Virus record (IMG/VR): IMGVR_UViG_3300036792_000218
Location: 1-64,000 of that record
DNA: 64,000 bases
Strand: one strand, 5' to 3'
Source of the DNA: a virus
Below, one piece after another: positions 63,469 to 64,000 of the stretch (position 1 is the stretch's first letter; each line of letters opens with the position of its first letter). The notes beneath the pieces were generated by a model that saw only the letters and a list, made by a program, of their open reading frames with translations, did no database searches and was not told where the DNA came from. The translations under genes and the position numbers were made by a program.

Positions 63469-64000
63469 GCGGTTCTCCTTCGAGTGTGGCGCTTGTCGAC
63501 TTCCGTCCCCCGGCAGTGCCGGCAGAGGCGCGTTTCGGGGTCCTCGTCGTACTGGTGGCCTGCGTCCCGCTGCGCGGCGGGTGCTGCGCTGGCGCGGGCA
63601 GCGGCGGCGGCATCGGCCCACCACGGGCCGTCGTGCTCAAGTCGTCCGGGGTACTTCGTGCCTGGGTCTGCGGCCACGAGGCGCATCGCTGCGACGACGA
63701 GCGGCCACGGCCGGGCAGCGATGCCGGGGCGTTCGAGCACGCGGCGGACTGACCGGGCCGACCATTCGGGGCGCGCCCGGCCGACCTCGGCGGCGAGGGC
63801 AAGCAGTTCGGGGTTTCCCTGTGCCGGGAATTCCCTCCCTCCCTCCCCTGGGTTCGCGACGGCTGCGAGCAGCGGCGGCTGATAGGGGGCGGGGGGGGTA
63901 GGGGGGGTAGGGGGGTTGGTTTTAAGATCTTTAAAACCCAAAGACCCTGAACGCGCGCGCGAGGCGTCCGTGGAACCCGGACCCTTCACGACGTGAAACC
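63465..64000 (-). CDS. probable replication initiator, C-terminal part (5' end outside the window)
   Basis: Frame open to the edge; K..KTNPPTPP linker and YPGRL...GPWW C-terminus typical of actinophage replication proteins. Confidence 0.5.
   Translation of the reverse strand, partial: FHVVKGPGSTDASRARSGSLGFKDLKTNPPTPPTPPAPYQPPLLAAVANPGEGGREFPAQGNPELLALAAEVGRARPEWSARSVRRVLERPGIAARPWPLVVAAMRLVAADPGTKYPGRLEHDGPWWADAAAAARASAAPAAQRDAGHQYDEDPETRLCRHCRGTEVDKRHTRRRTA

Noticed and set aside
640-64000. Many long antisense or alternate-frame ORFs (e.g. 640..1656, 13920..15095, 24882..26288, 36194..37843)
   Set aside because: Arg/Gly/Pro-rich shadows of real genes, expected in high-GC DNA, with no recognisable motifs
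43027-64000. Prophage boundary with host DNA beyond the att site
   Set aside because: Genes on both sides are phage-like and share the same repeated promoter element, so no host flank is present

Overview
The whole 64 kb window reads as one temperate siphovirus-type phage of a high-GC actinobacterium. It appears to be in its excised (free) form, because an attP made of the 3' half of tRNA-Ser(GCT) lies between phage genes. Layout: leftward early-type genes (1-3.8 kb); a rightward virion and lysis operon (3.85-37.8 kb: terminase, portal, MuF, protease/scaffold, capsid, tail, tape measure, two paralogous fibre genes, GH25 endolysin); a leftward xis-GT2 glycan synthase-GH26 operon; tyrosine integrase with attP; a serine resolvase with a res-like site; and a long leftward arm of small genes (ParB, LuxR and XRE HTH, LPD29-like, vWA, 3' end of a probable replication initiator). 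Most notable: (1) three head proteins carry extra domains (portal-ParB/Srx, Acb1-like 2H phosphoesterase-MuF, protease-DUF6582-like) near E|A/S motifs of the kind T4 gp21-type proteases cleave, suggesting protease-released cargo packed in the virion; (2) a polysaccharide synthase plus exported glycosidase translationally coupled to the excisionase; (3) seven copies of a promoter with a built-in inverted repeat heading the leftward gene clusters. All family assignments come from motif recognition by eye; no database searches were run.
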